Assembly: GCA_045638125.1 (NCBI GenBank)
Contig: JAZUAS010000085.1
Span: forward strand, 1-38,782
Reading direction: 5' to 3'
DNA length: 38,782 bases
From: Eubacteriales bacterium
GTDB taxonomy: Bacteria; Bacillota; Clostridia; Oscillospirales; CAG-272
The notes under the pieces were generated by a model. It had not been told where the DNA came from and searched no databases. It worked only from the letters and a program-made list of their open reading frames with translations. Positions within the stretch are counted from its first letter, which is position 1. The number at the start of each line of letters is the position of its first letter. Below are positions 35,892-38,782 of this stretch, piece by piece. The translations under genes and the position numbers were made by a program.

Positions 35892-37823
35892 ATGAATTTT
35901 AAGAGTTTTTTGACGGGTAAGATACGAAAGTTAATATTGCTTTGCTTCGACATATCTTGCTTCGCCCTGATTGCCACCGGATATTACTTTGCCAACTCAT
36001 TATTGGATCAATCGATCAAATATTCTTTTTACAACTTTATGGCAAACTCGGGGATACTGCTTCTCTCAATCCTTGTGGTAAGATTTGCGCTTGGTGTTTA
36101 CGGCGCAGTGCTGAGATATACGAGAACGCTGAACTATCTTAAAACGATAATTGCTGACCTTGGGGGCTGCGCCATTGCAGTAGGCTTTTCTTGGCTTTGC
36201 AAGATATATCAAGGAGTTTGGTTTTTCGTTATAATCACCTCGGTATATATCATTGCCGAGCTTACGTCCAGATATATCTACCGACTCCTGTATAAGATGA
36301 AAAACCGTAGTACGGACACTTCTGAGATGGATCAGATAAACGTCGCTATCGTCGGCGCAGGTCAGCTTGGCGCTATGCTCGCTAACGAGCTATTATATAA
36401 GCCTCAGTCGATCTATAAGCCGGTAATGTTTATTGAAAAGAACGCCACTAAGTGCGGAAACAAGATCTGTGGCATCACCATATATCCCGAGGACGAGAAT
36501 ATTCACTCGGTTATCAAGAAGCACGGAGTAAAAGAAATATTCATCGCAATCTCCGATATGGATAACGAAACCGCTACGAGATTGTTTGAGTTTTACGGCA
36601 AAACCTCTTGCAAGCTTAAGGTGTACGATATTCCCGTAAAGGAATTTAAACGCGACGAAAGCGAGAGACGTACTCAAAAGGTCGAGATCCGTAATTTTGA
36701 GATCGAGGACCTGCTTTTCCGTTCGCCCTTAAAGATCAACAATCTTCAGACCGCGAGCTATTATTATAATAAGGTAGTACTTATCACGGGTGGCGGCGGT
36801 TCGATCGGAAGCGAGCTTTGTCGACAGATCGCCAAATGCTCACCCCAAAAGCTGATCATTGTCGACATATATGAAAACAACGCATACGATATTCAGCAGG
36901 AGCTTATTAGAAAATACGGTGAACGTCTCGATCTTTGTGTGGAGATCGCTTCGGTAAGAGACGTAGAGCGTCTTGATTCTATCTTTAATTACTACCGCCC
37001 ACAGATAGTATTCCACGCCGCAGCTCACAAGCACGTTCCTCTTATGGAGCATAGCGGATGCGAGGCTATCAAAAACAACATTTTCGGAACTAAAAATACG
37101 GCTGACTTGTCCGAAAAGTACGGCGTTGAAAAGTTTATACTTATCTCGACCGACAAGGCGGTCAACCCGACCAACATCATGGGCGCATCCAAGCGAATGT
37201 GCGAAATGATCGTCCAGAGCCGCAAGGATAGCGATACGTCCTTTGCCGCAGTGAGATTCGGCAACGTGCTCGGATCTAACGGCTCGGTCATACCGCTCTT
37301 CAAGCACCAGATAGAGCAGGGAGGTCCCGTAACTATCACGGACAAGCGCATAATCCGTTACTTTATGACGATTCCCGAGGCGAGTCAGCTCGTTATGGAG
37401 GCAGGCGCTATGGCAAAGCGCGGAGAGCTCTTCGTGCTTGACATGGGCAAGCCCATTAAGATCTACGATCTCGCCGTCAATATGATAAAGCTTTCGGGGT
37501 ATGAGCCCGACGTCGATATAAAGATCGAGGAGATAGGTCTGCGTCCCGGAGAAAAGCTTTACGAGGAGCTACTTATCAAAACCGAGGATCTTACAAAGAC
37601 GTCCAATAACATGATATTCATTGAAAACGATGCACCGCTCAGTCGTGAGGATATCGACGAAAGGATTTCGGCACTCTCACAGGTCGTTAAGGACACAAAG
37701 AATGATATAGCTTCTCCCGCAGTTAAAAATGCTATAAAGGCTGCCGTCCCCACCTTCGTTGATCCCGACGAGATCAACAAAGATGCCGCGGACGCCCCCG
37801 AAATGGCAGAGGCGATGTCTTAA
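35892..37823 (+). CDS. Membrane-bound nucleoside-diphosphate-sugar 4,6-dehydratase (CapD/PglF/WbpM family)
   Basis: Four N-terminal TMs, IVGAG, IEDLL.R, TGGGGSIGSELCRQ, FHAAAHKHVP, STDKAVNPTNIMGASK, VRFGNVLGSNGSV and GLRPGEKLYEEL. Confidence 0.93.
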   Translation: MNFKSFLTGKIRKLILLCFDISCFALIATGYYFANSLLDQSIKYSFYNFMANSGILLLSILVVRFALGVYGAVLRYTRTLNYLKTIIADLGGCAIAVGFSWLCKIYQGVWFFVIITSVYIIAELTSRYIYRLLYKMKNRSTDTSEMDQINVAIVGAGQLGAMLANELLYKPQSIYKPVMFIEKNATKCGNKICGITIYPEDENIHSVIKKHGVKEIFIAISDMDNETATRLFEFYGKTSCKLKVYDIPVKEFKRDESERRTQKVEIRNFEIEDLLFRSPLKINNLQTASYYYNKVVLITGGGGSIGSELCRQIAKCSPQKLIIVDIYENNAYDIQQELIRKYGERLDLCVEIASVRDVERLDSIFNYYRPQIVFHAAAHKHVPLMEHSGCEAIKNNIFGTKNTADLSEKYGVEKFILISTDKAVNPTNIMGASKRMCEMIVQSRKDSDTSFAAVRFGNVLGSNGSVIPLFKHQIEQGGPVTITDKRIIRYFMTIPEASQLVMEAGAMAKRGELFVLDMGKPIKIYDLAVNMIKLSGYEPDVDIKIEEIGLRPGEKLYEELLIKTEDLTKTSNNMIFIENDAPLSREDIDERISALSQVVKDTKNDIASPAVKNAIKAAVPTFVDPDEINKDAADAPEMAEAMS

Positions 37824-37869
37824 AACTGCTTTGACGCTCATGACACACCAAAGTAATCCAAAATAATTC

Positions 37870-37906
37870 AATCACCCCTCAAAGGCTTTTGAGGGGTGAT
37901 TTTTTG
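37870..37906 (+). terminator. Rho-independent terminator
   Basis: AATCACCCCTCAAA-GGCT-TTTGAGGGGTGATT followed by a T tract. Confidence 0.85.
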
Positions 37907-37986
37907 TCAAAAAGCTTCAAAACCCCGATTTTTTTGGCCTTTTGTATTAATTTTTGAAAAAATTTTAATTTTTTAACAAAAACCCC

Positions 37987-38015
37987 TTGACAAGCTTGTT
38001 TTTTGGTGATATAAT
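37987..38015 (+). promoter_or_regulatory. sigma-A promoter for rpoB
   Basis: TTGACA-N17-TATAAT with extended -10 TG and an AT-rich UP region. Confidence 0.85.
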
Positions 38016-38144
38016 TGTAAACTGCATTATAATCGCTTGCACTGTCCAATTTTAGGTGCAGGTCGGTCAAGTATCGACAAAAGCCAAGATTTTTCAAGGT
38101 TTTTCGGTGCTGACCAGTATTCATTGAATGGAGTGATTTATTTA

Positions 38145-38782
38145 ATGGTCAATGTAAAAGAGCAAAAACTCGGAAAAAACACGAGAATGTCCTTTTCGCG
38201 TTCAAGATTTAACCTTGAATTGCCCAACCTGGTAGAGGTCCAGACGAAATCCTTCGAGTGGTTTCTCAAGGAAGGACTTATGGAGGTACTGCGTGACGTT
38301 TCTCCTATCACCGACTACTCGGGTAATCTCTCGATAGACTTCATTTCTTATTCTATCGATACCAAGCCCAAGTATCCTGTCGAAGAGTGTAAGGAGCGTG
38401 ACGTAAACTATGCTGCGCCTCTTAAGGTCAACGTACGTCTTACCAACAAGCAGGCTGGCGACGTAAAGTACTCCGACATCTATCTCGGCGACTTCCCGCT
38501 CATGACCGACAACGGCACCTTCGTTATTAACGGTGCAGAAAGAGTTATCGTATCCCAGCTCGTCCGTTCTCCCGGAATGTACTATTCCTCCGAGGTCGAT
38601 AAGACGGGTAAGAAGACCTACGCCGCTCAGGTAATTCCTTACAGAGGCGCATGGCTTGAATACGAAAGCGACATTAACGGCGTTCTTTACGTCCGTATCG
38701 ACAAGAACCGCAAGCTGCCCTTGACTATGTTCATCCGCGGGCTCGGTCTTGTTCACAGAGAGGATAACTATAAGCTGTTCGG
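38145..38782 (+). CDS. rpoB: DNA-directed RNA polymerase subunit beta (5' part, runs off the window)
   Basis: Hand translation: [19 protein letters not shown]...[16 protein letters not shown]...YAAPLKV...[30 protein letters not shown]. Absent from the ORF track because there is no stop codon in the window. Confidence 0.97.
   Translation, partial: MVNVKEQKLGKNTRMSFSRSRFNLELPNLVEVQTKSFEWFLKEGLMEVLRDVSPITDYSGNLSIDFISYSIDTKPKYPVEECKERDVNYAAPLKVNVRLTNKQAGDVKYSDIYLGDFPLMTDNGTFVINGAERVIVSQLVRSPGMYYSSEVDKTGKKTYAAQVIPYRGAWLEYESDINGVLYVRIDKNRKLPLTMFIRGLGLVHREDNYKLF

Noticed and set aside
35892-37823. Capsule/EPS biosynthesis locus
   Set aside because: Only the single dehydratase gene is present, flanked by spoVT and rpoB.
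38202-38756. 184-aa minus-strand ORF
   Set aside because: It is the antisense shadow of rpoB, which is the real gene here.

Overview
Chromosomal region of a spore-forming Clostridia-type Firmicute, inferred from spoVT with a sigma-G-like promoter, many TTGACA-N17-TATAAT promoters and a Firmicute-type rpoB. Most of the window is housekeeping and transport: M13 peptidase, KtrAB, PgeF, ABC-F ATPase, GpsA, two tandem heparinase II/III-like paralogs, a CHAP protein, MglBAC, TrkAH, Tmk, YitT, a 1530-aa lipoprotein, SpoVT, a lone CapD-like dehydratase and the 5' part of rpoB. The accessory part is an AT-rich ~7 kb minus-strand island (~18430-25540) between mglC and trkA. It has a consensus sigma-A promoter, four orphan immunity-like or membrane genes, three headless Rhs core + C-terminal toxin/immunity cassettes (Tse2/ART-like, EndoU-like and a His-rich putative nuclease) and a fourth Rhs remnant. 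No full-length rhs gene is in the window. Every Rhs fragment begins immediately after a structured DNA element. Two of these are related hairpins with a compensatory base-pair change, and one is a ~240-bp multi-stem element resembling a transposase-less IS110 left end (bridge-RNA-like). Family calls come from motif recognition only; no searches were run.
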